DNA of 64,000 nt from an uncultured delta proteobacterium (GCA_963812015.1 CAWETI010000002.1:1024001-1088000); one strand, 5' to 3'. Counted from the first letter of the stretch, positions 30,733-40,021 are shown. Program-made: numbers and translations. The notes: generated by a model not told the origin, from the sequence alone.

Positions 30733-30873
30733 GCGTAGCAAAGTCGATATGTTGTGGATTATGAACCGCATTTTTTTCAAATTTCGATAAAAATGACAAT
30801 TCACAAGGGTGCTAGTTGCCCTTAAAAGGCAGAAAAAGATGCGAAAAGGGGGGGATAACGCCCCGTATTTTGC

Positions 30874-31266
30874 TCAAATGAGGGAGTTTACGCGGGTCGC
30901 CACTTCAATCAAGTTCAAATCAGGGTCCCGGAAATACACGGATTCCAGCTCCCCCGCGGCCCCCGTCCGCCGCACCGGGCCCAGGATGATCTTGACCCCA
31001 AAACGCTGCAAATGGGCCAGGAGGTTTGCCATAGAGGTGTTAACCAGGAAGCATAAATCAGCAGAGCCCGGGGTGGGTCGATGGGCCTTGGGTTCGATTT
31101 CCCGGCCGGCTTGGTGCAGGTTGATCCTTTGGGAGCCCCAGGCCAGGGCCTGGCGGTTTCCCCCGAAGGTCACCGGTTCCATTCCCAGGACCGTGGCATA
31201 GAACCGGCGGGTGGCGTCAAGGTCTTTGACGGTCAGCACCAAATGATCGAGACAGACAACTTTCAT
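30874..31266 (-). CDS. VOC/glyoxalase family protein
   Basis: LDHLVLTV, INLH, PTPGSADLCF, GPVRRTGA, YFRDPDLNLIE. Confidence 0.92.
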   Translation of the reverse strand: MKVVCLDHLVLTVKDLDATRRFYATVLGMEPVTFGGNRQALAWGSQRINLHQAGREIEPKAHRPTPGSADLCFLVNTSMANLLAHLQRFGVKIILGPVRRTGAAGELESVYFRDPDLNLIEVATRVNSLI

Positions 31267-31324
31267 GGAATGCCGTTCTGCCTATATGCTCAAGCGGAAG
31301 CCGGGAGGAAGTGATTTCCCTGAA

Positions 31325-31350
31325 AGGGCGACCCGGCGGGTCACCCCTAC
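31325..31350. repeat. GTAG-type REP-like palindrome (minus orientation)
   Basis: Reverse complement is GTAGGGGTGACCCGCCGGGTCGCCCT. Confidence 0.65.
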
Positions 31351-31425
31351 TTATGCGGGTTGGGAGGGGGACGTGGGGGGAGGGCAGGGCCGTTGGCCCT
31401 GGCCTTCACCCCACAATCATTTCCC

Positions 31426-32268
31426 TCACCCCTCCAGCACGATCCCGGCGTAGCCCACGAAGCTGTCGCCGGGCATGATATCGTAGCTGGTGTAGTAGTC
31501 CGCAAGCACAGCCTTGTGGGCCCCTTCGGCGGTGGCGGCGGCCACCGCGGCCGCCGCCCCCCCGGCGCTGCAGGCGCTCTGGTCTTGGGCGGCGGTCTTG
31601 AGCATGCCGGGGCCGTCCAGTTTCAGGGCCTGGTCGATGAATTTCTTATCGTTGACTTCTTTCACCCACTTCAGCGCCTCGGGGCCGTAGCCTTTGGGGG
31701 CGAAGCCGTAGTTGGGGCCATAGTGGGAAAGGTCGGTGGACCCGAAGACCAGGATACTGACCTTCAACTCCTTAGCCACGGCGGCCACGGCCTTCCCCAA
31801 CTCCAGCGCCGCGTCCGAGTGGGGGGAGCGCAGGGCCAGGACTTTGGCCTGGGGGAAGAAATATTTGACGAAGGGGATTTGCACTTCGATGGTGTTGTCG
31901 CCGGGGTATTCTTCCCGGAGGCTGATGCGTTTAGCCAGGGGCGCATAAAATTCCGTGGCCAGGGGCAGGTCGCCCAGGGGGGTTTCCCAGGCGTCGTCGG
32001 CTACCAGGAGTGGCGGGGAGTCGCCTCCCAGATGGCCGCCGAAAACACACACCACCTGCGGTTGGACGATTTTAGCCGCCAGATAAAAAACCCGGGCCGC
32101 GGCCTTGCCGGAAAAATACCAGCCGGCATGGGGCACGATGCCGCCATAGACTTTGGTCCCTGAGGGCAGGGGCGTGGTCCCGGCGATGAATTGGTCGATT
32201 TCCGCCTTACAGGCGCTGGGGCTGGCGGGATACCACCCCACGGGCAACATCCGTTCCCGGGTTCGCAT
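31426..32268 (-). CDS. AmmeMemoRadiSam system protein B (MEMO1 family)
   Basis: GWYP, PHAGWYFSG, WETPLG, IEVQIPF, STDLSHYG, SFVGYAG. Confidence 0.9.
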   Translation of the reverse strand: MRTRERMLPVGWYPASPSACKAEIDQFIAGTTPLPSGTKVYGGIVPHAGWYFSGKAAARVFYLAAKIVQPQVVCVFGGHLGGDSPPLLVADDAWETPLGDLPLATEFYAPLAKRISLREEYPGDNTIEVQIPFVKYFFPQAKVLALRSPHSDAALELGKAVAAVAKELKVSILVFGSTDLSHYGPNYGFAPKGYGPEALKWVKEVNDKKFIDQALKLDGPGMLKTAAQDQSACSAGGAAAAVAAATAEGAHKAVLADYYTSYDIMPGDSFVGYAGIVLEG

Positions 32269-32534
32269 GGTCGCCTCCTTTTTTGAGGACCGCTCATCCA
32301 GGTTGGCGACGCCCCTGGGTGGGGAGCGCCAACCGGCCGGCCAAGCCTTTGAATTACGCCGGATTTTAGCTGTATTAAAGCCGAGGAGGTTATCTTTGTC
32401 AAGGGATGGGTGTCAACGTGAATCGAAGAGGAAATCCCCCTAAAGCCCCCTGTGCCAAAGGGGGACTTTTCATTTTACCCCCTTTTCTCAAGGGGGAGCG
32501 TTGCCAGGCGTGGCCAAAGACCGGCCTTGAAAAA

Positions 32535-33104
32535 TTAATGGCTGTCGGCCAATTGGCGGATTCTTTCCACCAGGCCCAATTGGACGAACAGGGTGGACAC
32601 CGCCCCGGGGACCAGGTGCTCCCAGGGTTGGTCTTGGACAATTTTTTGGCGAATCAGGCTGGAGGTGAGCCCCTTTTCGGCCTTGGTCTTGCGCCACAGG
32701 ACCTCGACGTGCAGCCCCAATGATTCAAACAGCTTCAACTTCCTCTCCCCCCAGGCGTCATAGATGGTGAGATAAAAGACGGCCTTAAGGGGCACGTAAT
32801 ACTGATAGAGTTCGGGAAAATTGATGGGGAGCGGCACCAGGGAAAATTCCCGGTGGTGGATACCTTGTTCCAACAGGGTCTCTTTGAGGATGACATAACG
32901 TTCGTAATAGGTCAGGGGGTTGTCGGCTGGACTGCTGCGATGCGGGTCGGCCTGGTCGTATTTGGTCAGGGTGGGGTCGGGGTTGGTGATGGCCACGATG
33001 AGGTGGCGGCAGCGGGCTTTGGCCGCCAGGATATACTTCACATGGTCATGGTGGAGCACCTGGAACCGGCCGTGGGCCACCCCGGTTTCAGCTAACGTGG
33101 TCAT
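32535..33104 (-). CDS. Nucleotidyltransferase, NMNAT/NadM-like (HxGH superfamily)
   Basis: HGRFQVLHHDH, ITN, NPLTYYER, SSLIR, WEHLVP. Confidence 0.85.
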   Translation of the reverse strand: MTTLAETGVAHGRFQVLHHDHVKYILAAKARCRHLIVAITNPDPTLTKYDQADPHRSSPADNPLTYYERYVILKETLLEQGIHHREFSLVPLPINFPELYQYYVPLKAVFYLTIYDAWGERKLKLFESLGLHVEVLWRKTKAEKGLTSSLIRQKIVQDQPWEHLVPGAVSTLFVQLGLVERIRQLADSH

Positions 33105-33152
33105 GTCTCGCAAGGTCTCCGATTGTCGGCGGACGGCGCCCCATCTTCCGCC

Positions 33153-34478
33153 TTACTTGATGGCCAGGGGCTTATACCGGCCGGGGAAGAAGGGTTGATC
33201 CCAGGGAGAGTCCATGAGGCCGTAAAGCTTGCCCCGATCGAGAAAATTAAGCACCAGATACATGAGCTCCCGGCCTCTGACGGTGCCCAGGGCCCCGGCG
33301 GCGCAACTGACTTCGTCAAAGCGTTTCACGGCATCCCGGCGGGTATAGCGGCCGATCATGCACAGGGGCACGCTCTCGCCGGAATGGATCATCCGGCCGG
33401 CGCTGTTGGTGGAATGGTCCGCGGTGATTACCAGGAGCACGTCGGGGGAGGACACGATGTCCTCCAGGGCGAAGGCAAAGGCCTTATCCAGGTCCTCCAA
33501 CACGGCGCGTTTGATCCGGGGGTTTTTGGTGTGGGCCGCTTCATCGGGGGCCTTGGTATGGACGTAGATGAAATCGTAATCGGTGGCCGACCTGGCCAGC
33601 TCCAAGCGTTGCCGCAGGTCATCACCGGGCCGGTCGGTGTCCTGCACCGGGTGCCGGGTCATGCCCAGGTACTGGCTCAAGCCTTTATAGAGCGCCCCGG
33701 AAGCGATGGCCAGGGAGCGCAGACCCCACTTTTCCGGAAAGGGCTGCACCGGTTTCCATCGACCGGCGCGCTGGGTGCCGACGGCATTGATGGGGGGGAG
33801 TCCAGCCTTACGTCTCCGGTCGTTAATCGGGTGCCGACTGAGGCGATGGTAACACCAGGTCAAATAGAGGTTCAGTGCCGCCGCGGTCTTGCGGGCCCGG
33901 AGATCATTGTGGTGGGTCGCACAAGGCAAGACCTCCATGAGCGGACGCCCTTCATAAATCGGGTTGGAGTCAGTGATTTCCGGGGCCACCTCCTCCCCCT
34001 TCACCAGCACGATCCCCCCAATCCCCTTGGTAGGAATAAACTCCACCTCCAGCCCTTCGTGCCGGAAATGCCTGATCTCTTCTTGCAACGTCAAACAGGT
34101 CTCAGGGTCGAGCTTGGGGTCTTCCACCTCCAGAACTAAATGGCCCTGGTCCTCCCGGACCGCAAAAATTCTGGATAGAAGGGCGATTTCCCCCGGACCG
34201 ACCGGGATATTTTCCCCCAAAGCTTCGATATAGCCGCGGCCCGGAAAATCCTTGAGGTCGTAGCCGAACAGGAGAAAGTGCGCGATTTCGCTGGGCAGGG
34301 TGATGCCCTGAAGCCAGGGGTGTAAGAGGCCGTTCATCCCCAGGGCGGCCAGGCGATCCAGGTTGGGAGTGCGGGCCTGCTGCAACGGCGTCTTGCCGCC
34401 AAAGGCCGCGATGCCTCGGTCACCTAACCCGTCAAGTATCACGAAGATACATCTCATGGCTGAAGTTGCTTCATTCAT
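33153..34478 (-). CDS. ApgM-like cofactor-independent phosphoglycerate mutase / alkaline phosphatase superfamily metalloenzyme
   Basis: DGLGDR, TPLQ.A.TPNLD, PSEIAH, HTKAPDEAAH, TADHST, HSGESVP. Confidence 0.88.
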   Translation of the reverse strand: MNEATSAMRCIFVILDGLGDRGIAAFGGKTPLQQARTPNLDRLAALGMNGLLHPWLQGITLPSEIAHFLLFGYDLKDFPGRGYIEALGENIPVGPGEIALLSRIFAVREDQGHLVLEVEDPKLDPETCLTLQEEIRHFRHEGLEVEFIPTKGIGGIVLVKGEEVAPEITDSNPIYEGRPLMEVLPCATHHNDLRARKTAAALNLYLTWCYHRLSRHPINDRRRKAGLPPINAVGTQRAGRWKPVQPFPEKWGLRSLAIASGALYKGLSQYLGMTRHPVQDTDRPGDDLRQRLELARSATDYDFIYVHTKAPDEAAHTKNPRIKRAVLEDLDKAFAFALEDIVSSPDVLLVITADHSTNSAGRMIHSGESVPLCMIGRYTRRDAVKRFDEVSCAAGALGTVRGRELMYLVLNFLDRGKLYGLMDSPWDQPFFPGRYKPLAIK

Positions 34479-34493
34479 AAAGGCACGGTAACT

Positions 34494-35543
34494 TTAAGGC
34501 TCCAACCTGATCCTTCCCGGGGCTTGGCCGGTCACCTCGCCGATGAGCGCCGCCTTGATACCGTTGAGCTTTAGGCAATCCATAAGGACCGCCGCCCGGT
34601 CCGCGGCTACGGCGAGGAGCAGTCCGCCGTTGGTCTGGGCGTCACTGCAGAGGTCCACCAGCAGCGGATCGATCCCTGTTGCCACCGTAAGGCTCTTGGT
34701 GCAAAAGTTACGGTTGGCGAAACTGCCGGCCGGCACCAACCCCATGGCGGCATATTCCCGGGCCGCGGACAGGATCGGCACTTGATGGACTACAAAAGTA
34801 AGCTCGACGTTGCTGGCCACCGCCATTTCCAGGGCGTGACCCAGGAGGCCGAAGCCGGTGATGTCCGTGATGGCATGCACCGCCAAGTGGTCCAGGCACG
34901 CCTCGGGCAGCCGGTTCAAGGTCGTCATGACCTGGATGGCCTCGGCCTCCGCCTCCGGGGAGGCCAGGCGCCCTTTCACCGCGGTGGCGATAACACCGGT
35001 CCCCAGGGGCTTGGTAAGGATCAGCCGGTCGCCCACCCGGGCCCCGCCGTTGGTAAACACCCGTTCCGGGTGGACCACCCCGGTTACGGAGAGGCCGTAT
35101 TTCAACTCGGTATCGTCGACGCTATGGCCACCCAGGAGCAGGGCCCCGGCCTCATGAATCTTATCCAGGCCGCCGGCCAAAATAGCCTGGAGCACCTCTT
35201 TGGGCACGGTCTGGCAGGGGTAGCAGACAATGTTGAGGGCCGTTAAAGGCCGGCCGCCCATGGCGTATACGTCGCTTAAGGCATTGGCCGCGGCAATCTG
35301 GCCAAAAGTGTAGGGATCGTTGACCACGGGGGTAAAAAAGTCCACCGTCTGGATCAACGCGATCTCGGGTGTCAGGCGATACACGCCCGCGTCATCCGCC
35401 GTCTCCATGCCCACCAGCAGGTTGGGATGCGACTGGACGGGCAGAGTCTGCAAAATTTCCTCCAAGATCCCGGGAGGAATTTTAGCAGCTCAACCGGCGG
35501 CGCGGACCTGCTCCATCAAAGGCTGATAGCTTTTTTCGGTCAT
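34494..35543 (-). CDS. selD: Selenide, water dikinase SelD, a selenoprotein (Sec18)
   Basis: MTEKSYQPLMEQVRAAG-TGA-AAKIPPG is in frame with the track ORF. Motifs DDAGV, TVDFF, ANALSDVYAMGG, GGHS, TDITGFGLLGH, DAQTNGGLL. Confidence 0.96.
35448..35488 (-). promoter_or_regulatory. SECIS hairpin of selD
   Basis: CUGC-UAAAAU-UCCUCC ... GGAGGA-AAUUUU-GCAG stem immediately after the UGA (35490-35492), with a G-starting apical loop. Confidence 0.75.
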
Positions 35544-35640
35544 GGTTCTCTCTCGGGTCATGGCTTCAAGAAGCCCGTTACTTTCTAGTATACCAGGTTT
35601 ACCCCTGCCTCCGCACCAGTCTGATGGCCCCTGGCCGGCC

Positions 35641-36444
35641 TCAGGACCGCGCCAGGGACCTCGATCCTTGGTTCAGAAATTCCCGCACCATTGCTAAGGT
35701 TTGCAGGAGCGCCGCTTCTTCCCGCAGTTCCAGCACCCACCAGGTGCACAGGGGCAATTTTTGCAAAAGCAAGAGACGCTCCCAGAGGTCGGACAGATTT
35801 TGGGGGGGCAGATGGCCGCTGGTACGCTCTTCATGATAGATGTGGGCGTTTAAAAACCGCTCGGGATGGGGCATGACAAAGTCAGCGACGCGAAACAGGC
35901 GACTCTCCACCGAGGGGCTGACTTGTGCATGGCCGATGTCGATGGTGCCCCAGACGTTGGTGGTCCGGAGGAGCTTTTCGAAGAGTTCCGGACGGCTGGT
36001 CCAACCCAGGGCCAGGTTTTCCAGGCAAAGGCGCACCCCCAGATGGTTGGCGAAGCTGACTAGGTCCGCCAACCCTTTCACGGTCCGCTCCCAGCAGAGG
36101 TCCAGGGTGTGGCTCAACCCCAAGCCGATATGGATGGTGAGGACGCGGCCCCCCACTTTGGAGACCAGACGGCAGACCCGGCGAAATACTTGCTTGGCCT
36201 TCTGGGCCTCGGCCGGATTTTCATTGCCCAGGTCCATGTTGTTGAACGGGCAATGATAGCGAACTTCCAAAGGATGCAGTAGGGAGATGGCCTTGACGTA
36301 AGACGATTCAGCCGCCGGACTGCCGGGCAAATCTTCCGGAAAAAAGCTCCAATCCACCCCTTCAAACCCGTGGGTCAGGGCGAATTCCTTCAAGGCTGCC
36401 ACGTCCGGCAGGAAATTACAGCAAGCAAGTCGCACGCTATTCAC
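35641..36444 (-). CDS. Sugar phosphate isomerase/epimerase family TIM-barrel protein
   Basis: HCPF..DL, H, LEN, DIGHA, H, H.P, LE metal-binding pattern. Confidence 0.85.
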   Translation of the reverse strand: MNSVRLACCNFLPDVAALKEFALTHGFEGVDWSFFPEDLPGSPAAESSYVKAISLLHPLEVRYHCPFNNMDLGNENPAEAQKAKQVFRRVCRLVSKVGGRVLTIHIGLGLSHTLDLCWERTVKGLADLVSFANHLGVRLCLENLALGWTSRPELFEKLLRTTNVWGTIDIGHAQVSPSVESRLFRVADFVMPHPERFLNAHIYHEERTSGHLPPQNLSDLWERLLLLQKLPLCTWWVLELREEAALLQTLAMVREFLNQGSRSLARS

Positions 36445-36632
36445 TTATGGTTTTTTCCCTGGAGCTTGGCGCACCGCAGTCTGCCGAGAAGCCGCGGGTT
36501 TTCGCAGCATGCCTCCGGCGTTCAGGTGAACCCTGGCAGGGGTGGGGCTGAGATAGGCGGGAAAGGTGGGAAGGTCTAAAACCGGATCTGGCGGGAAGGG
36601 AGCATGAGATCAGGCATACACTCTGCTGCTTC

Positions 36633-36756
36633 TCCCCGGGTGACCCCGCCTGCCCAAGCCGTTATGTCCTCGAGAGCCTTGCCAAGGCCTCTCGGAGCCA
36701 GGGTTCAGGATTTGGCGTAACTAGGAAACATCGGCCGAAGCACCCGGGTCACCTCC
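36633..36756 (-). ncRNA. Candidate structured leader RNA / riboswitch-like element
   Basis: About 120-nt rod with alternative terminal pairings (CCCGGGUG/CACCCGGG versus GGUGACCC/GGGUCACC), just downstream of a promoter. Confidence 0.45.
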
Positions 36757-36775
36757 CTAAATAAGATTATTCGCA

Positions 36776-36805
36776 ATTATAAGGCCATTTGGCCGAAAAA
36801 ATCAA
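36776..36805 (-). promoter_or_regulatory. Candidate sigma70 promoter
   Basis: Minus strand TTGATT-N18-TATAAT. Confidence 0.55.
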
Positions 36806-36880
36806 CGACCATTTGCCGTCGGCCCCAAAGCCGGTGGTGAGAGGCTCTTGGACCGGTCAAGTTGAAGCCGGCGACGACTT

Positions 36881-37351
36881 TTAGGACCGGAGGGTCGCGG
36901 TCAGACCGGCCGGAACCAGCAGCAGATCCAGGGCCTCGAGGATGCCCGGAACCACCACGTCCGCGGCCATCAGCGCCTCCACCGCCAGTCCTTCCGCCTG
37001 GAGCAGGGCGATCCCCAGGATCGCCTCCTGAAGCATGAGCCGGTCATTTCTGCCGTTGCCCACGGCCACCGTGTGGTCGCGCCCCAGCCGCCGCACGTAT
37101 TCGGCTTTGGCGTGGGCCTGATCTCCGGAAGGAATGACGACAAGATCAGCGGGCAGGTGGGCCACTTGGTCCCTGACCGTCCCGAAAGTGTCGGCCGTCA
37201 AGATGTGGATCGTCAGGCGGGGAGCCAGAACCTCCAGCTTCGGATGGACGCCCTGGATGAGCCGGCCCTGACAGGCAAGGGTGCCGTTATAGTCCAGAAC
37301 CAGGTGCGCCAGCCGCAAGTCCTTGAAACCAGGTATCGTTATGCCGATCAT
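36881..37351 (-). CDS. HAD-family hydrolase (soluble P-type ATPase-like)
   Basis: DYNGTLA, LTADTFG, K, VGNGRND. Confidence 0.88.
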   Translation of the reverse strand: MIGITIPGFKDLRLAHLVLDYNGTLACQGRLIQGVHPKLEVLAPRLTIHILTADTFGTVRDQVAHLPADLVVIPSGDQAHAKAEYVRRLGRDHTVAVGNGRNDRLMLQEAILGIALLQAEGLAVEALMAADVVVPGILEALDLLLVPAGLTATLRS

Positions 37352-37422
37352 CTTATCTCCGCCCAGCGCAATGTGGTGAGATGCGCCGGACCTTGCAATT
37401 CTTGCAGCTCAAGCTTAGGGCT

Positions 37423-38283
37423 TCAAAATCCTATTCTATCAAGCAACAGCACCGCGGTGGCAAAAAACAGGCAATAGCAGCCGAAGAGTGGCCAGCGGCC
37501 CTGTTCCAGCCAGCGGGAAAGCCATTTGAGGGCCAGAAAGCCTGAAACACAACTCAAGACCATGCCCAGCAGGCTCGGATAAAAGAGGGCGACGGAGCTG
37601 GCCCCCTGAGACCAGGCAAAGGCATGGGCCTTCAGCAGCCTCAGCACTTCGCGCAGGATTACCGGCGGTGTCAGGACCACAGCCAGGGCAAAACTGAATT
37701 CCTCGAGCCGGTCTTTGGCCACCCCCATCACCAGTCCGGTGGATATCGTGGCGCCGGAACGGGAAAACCCCCGGAAGGGAAGGCAGACGCCCTGCACCGC
37801 ACCGATCCAGGAAGACTCTTTTATCCCCAGGGAGGACCTCTGGGTGGGGCGCGGTTTTCGAAGTCCGGCATAGATGATGAATAAACCCACCGCCGCCAGG
37901 GCCGCGGCAATCAGGGGCAGGTTACCAAAAAGCAGCTCCACTTCGGCATGGGGCACGTTCCTGAACACAAACTTTTCGATCACATATTTCAGGGTCAATC
38001 CCACCAAGCCGGTAAAGGCCGTAGCCACTACGACCAGCTTGGCAAAATGTCGCACCCCGGTCCCTGAGGAAAAGTAGTTGATTTTCCAGGAGTTCCAGAA
38101 ATAAGCGATGACTGCGAACATCGTACCGGTGTGGAGCATGACCAACAGCAGCGTCATCTCGGGGGTGGTGGGGTCAAGGCCCAGCAATTTGGCCGCCACG
38201 ATGACATGGGCGGAACTGGAGACCGGCAGCAGCTCGGCCGCTCCCTGGACCATGGCCAGAATGACAATTTGGACGAGGGACAT
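37423..38283 (-). CDS. uppP: Undecaprenyl-diphosphate phosphatase
   Basis: QGAAELLPVSSSAH, GFSRSGATI, FSF. Confidence 0.9.
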   Translation of the reverse strand: MSLVQIVILAMVQGAAELLPVSSSAHVIVAAKLLGLDPTTPEMTLLLVMLHTGTMFAVIAYFWNSWKINYFSSGTGVRHFAKLVVVATAFTGLVGLTLKYVIEKFVFRNVPHAEVELLFGNLPLIAAALAAVGLFIIYAGLRKPRPTQRSSLGIKESSWIGAVQGVCLPFRGFSRSGATISTGLVMGVAKDRLEEFSFALAVVLTPPVILREVLRLLKAHAFAWSQGASSVALFYPSLLGMVLSCVSGFLALKWLSRWLEQGRWPLFGCYCLFFATAVLLLDRIGF

Positions 38284-38495
38284 TAAAGCGCACCTTACTC
38301 TTTCGGTTATGAGGCGAGGCGGGCACAGAAGCATGCCTTCCCGTAATTTCCTGCCGACGACTGGCAGTTCCAGGCCGGATGGCCTGCACTATTATAAGTC
38401 CTGGGAGGCAATTTGCCACCCTCTGAGGCGGGTGACCGGGTGAATTTTGGGACCGCGGCAAGGCATAAGGCCTTTGAACCGGGCTTAAAGGATGC

Positions 38496-39878
38496 CTAGC
38501 GCGTCAGCCAGTGGCGATTGCGCACGGTGAGGCAGGCGTAAGGGTAGATCCACTGAAGCAGGAAAAAGGCGTAGTAGGCATAGATGATGCCATAGACGAA
38601 CTCCAGATCCCGCTCCAGCCAGAGATAATAGAGCAGGTTGACCAGGGAGACCACCCCCAGGGCGGCCAGGAGTTTGAGCAGAATCAGGGGGTAGACTGCC
38701 ACCGAAGCCACGAGCAGCCCCAAGAAGAGCAGCGTCAGGGGGTATTCCAGCTGGGCCAGGAAGAATTCCACGATGGGCAGCAGGCGATAGTTATCCCGGT
38801 ACCGGGTAAACAGGTAGCCCAATTGGACGCAGGACTCCCGCACGTTGCCCCGCTCCCAGCGCAGGTACATCCGGCACACGCCTTGATAAGTCTCGGGGAC
38901 CAGGGTATAGACCACCGCGGTCCGCTGATAATACGTATAATGACCGCCCCGGAGGATAAAATTGGTCAGGGCCCGGTCTTCGCTGTGGTGGCAGGGGGCT
39001 CCCAGGAAGGTTTGCCGCCGCCAGGCCGTGAGGTGCGGCATCAGGGCGGTGCGCCGATAGGCCGACAGCGACCCGGGGGTGCAGATCACCGCCCGGTACA
39101 GGGACTGAGAGGCCCGGAGATAATCCAGGTTCACGAAGCGCACGCCTTGCATCTTGCCCGTGAGGCTGCCGTGGCGGTTGTGGACCTTGACGTTGCCGGC
39201 CGTGGCGCCGATCCGGCCGTCGTGCATCAGGGGGGCCACCAGGTGGCGCAGGGCATTTTCGGCGATGATGCTGTCGGAATCGATGGTGACGAAGATCTCC
39301 CCCCGGCCCCGGGTGAATCCGGCGTAAAGCCCCTCTTTTTTCCCCCGGTTGGCGCTGAAGCGAAGAGGCGTCAGCAGGTGGGGGTAGCGCCGCCGCGCCC
39401 GCTGGATATAGAACCAGGTGTCATCCCGGGAGCCGTCGTCGATGCAGATGATTTCCAACCGGTCAGCCGGATAGTCGCAGGTGGCCACGGCATGGATGGC
39501 CTGCTCCACCATGGCTCCTTCATTATAGGCGGGGATGATGACGGTGAGGCTGGGCCAGGGCCCGTCCGTCAGAGGGTATGGCCGGTAGCAGGCCCAGAGG
39601 ACGGTGCGGAAAAGCTGAAACAGGAGCATCACCAAGGCGTAGCCGGCTGCCAGGGCGGGCAGGCAAGAGGTGTAGGTCTGGCGGCGCAAGAGCTCCGCAT
39701 AGGCCGTAAAGGAGCCGAGCTTGACGGCCATGACCAGGAAGACCAAAAGCAGGACCGGCACCATGACCTTCAACCCCGGGTCCAGCCATAGGATGCAGGC
39801 CGTGCGCTGACGAGGGGTGGGGGAGGCCGCCGGGTGGTCCATCGGTGGCCAGGACAGGGTCGGAGTAGCGTTGGACAT
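38496..39878 (-). CDS. Processive GT2 glycosyltransferase (hyaluronan synthase/NodC-like)
   Basis: IPAYNE, DDGS, GKK, DSD, EDR.LT, YLRW motifs and TM helices. Confidence 0.88.
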   Translation of the reverse strand: MSNATPTLSWPPMDHPAASPTPRQRTACILWLDPGLKVMVPVLLLVFLVMAVKLGSFTAYAELLRRQTYTSCLPALAAGYALVMLLFQLFRTVLWACYRPYPLTDGPWPSLTVIIPAYNEGAMVEQAIHAVATCDYPADRLEIICIDDGSRDDTWFYIQRARRRYPHLLTPLRFSANRGKKEGLYAGFTRGRGEIFVTIDSDSIIAENALRHLVAPLMHDGRIGATAGNVKVHNRHGSLTGKMQGVRFVNLDYLRASQSLYRAVICTPGSLSAYRRTALMPHLTAWRRQTFLGAPCHHSEDRALTNFILRGGHYTYYQRTAVVYTLVPETYQGVCRMYLRWERGNVRESCVQLGYLFTRYRDNYRLLPIVEFFLAQLEYPLTLLFLGLLVASVAVYPLILLKLLAALGVVSLVNLLYYLWLERDLEFVYGIIYAYYAFFLLQWIYPYACLTVRNRHWLTR

Positions 39879-40021
39879 GAGACGGGTCGAGCCTCCTCAA
39901 GGGCTAGAGCAAAAAGCCGGACAATTGGCCAGCAAAAGCCGCCCAGGCTTTGGTGGGGCGGCTGTCCCTGGCCGCCATCCTTCCCCTCTCAAAGCGTCGG
40001 CAGGCGGGCCCATCCGGCATT

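Noticed and set aside
30315..30799. Overlapping 131-aa and 101-aa ORFs in the intergenic gap
   Set aside because: No RBS or family features and atypical composition; better explained as non-coding or structured RNA.
32430..32500. CCCCCT..AAAGGGGG paired palindromes
   Set aside because: Single occurrence in the window of a simple intergenic hairpin type; nothing further can be supported.
36541..36610. TPP riboswitch-like words (GCTGAGA, CCGGATC, AGGGAG) on the plus strand
   Set aside because: Wrong orientation for the neighbouring genes, and the expected helices are missing.
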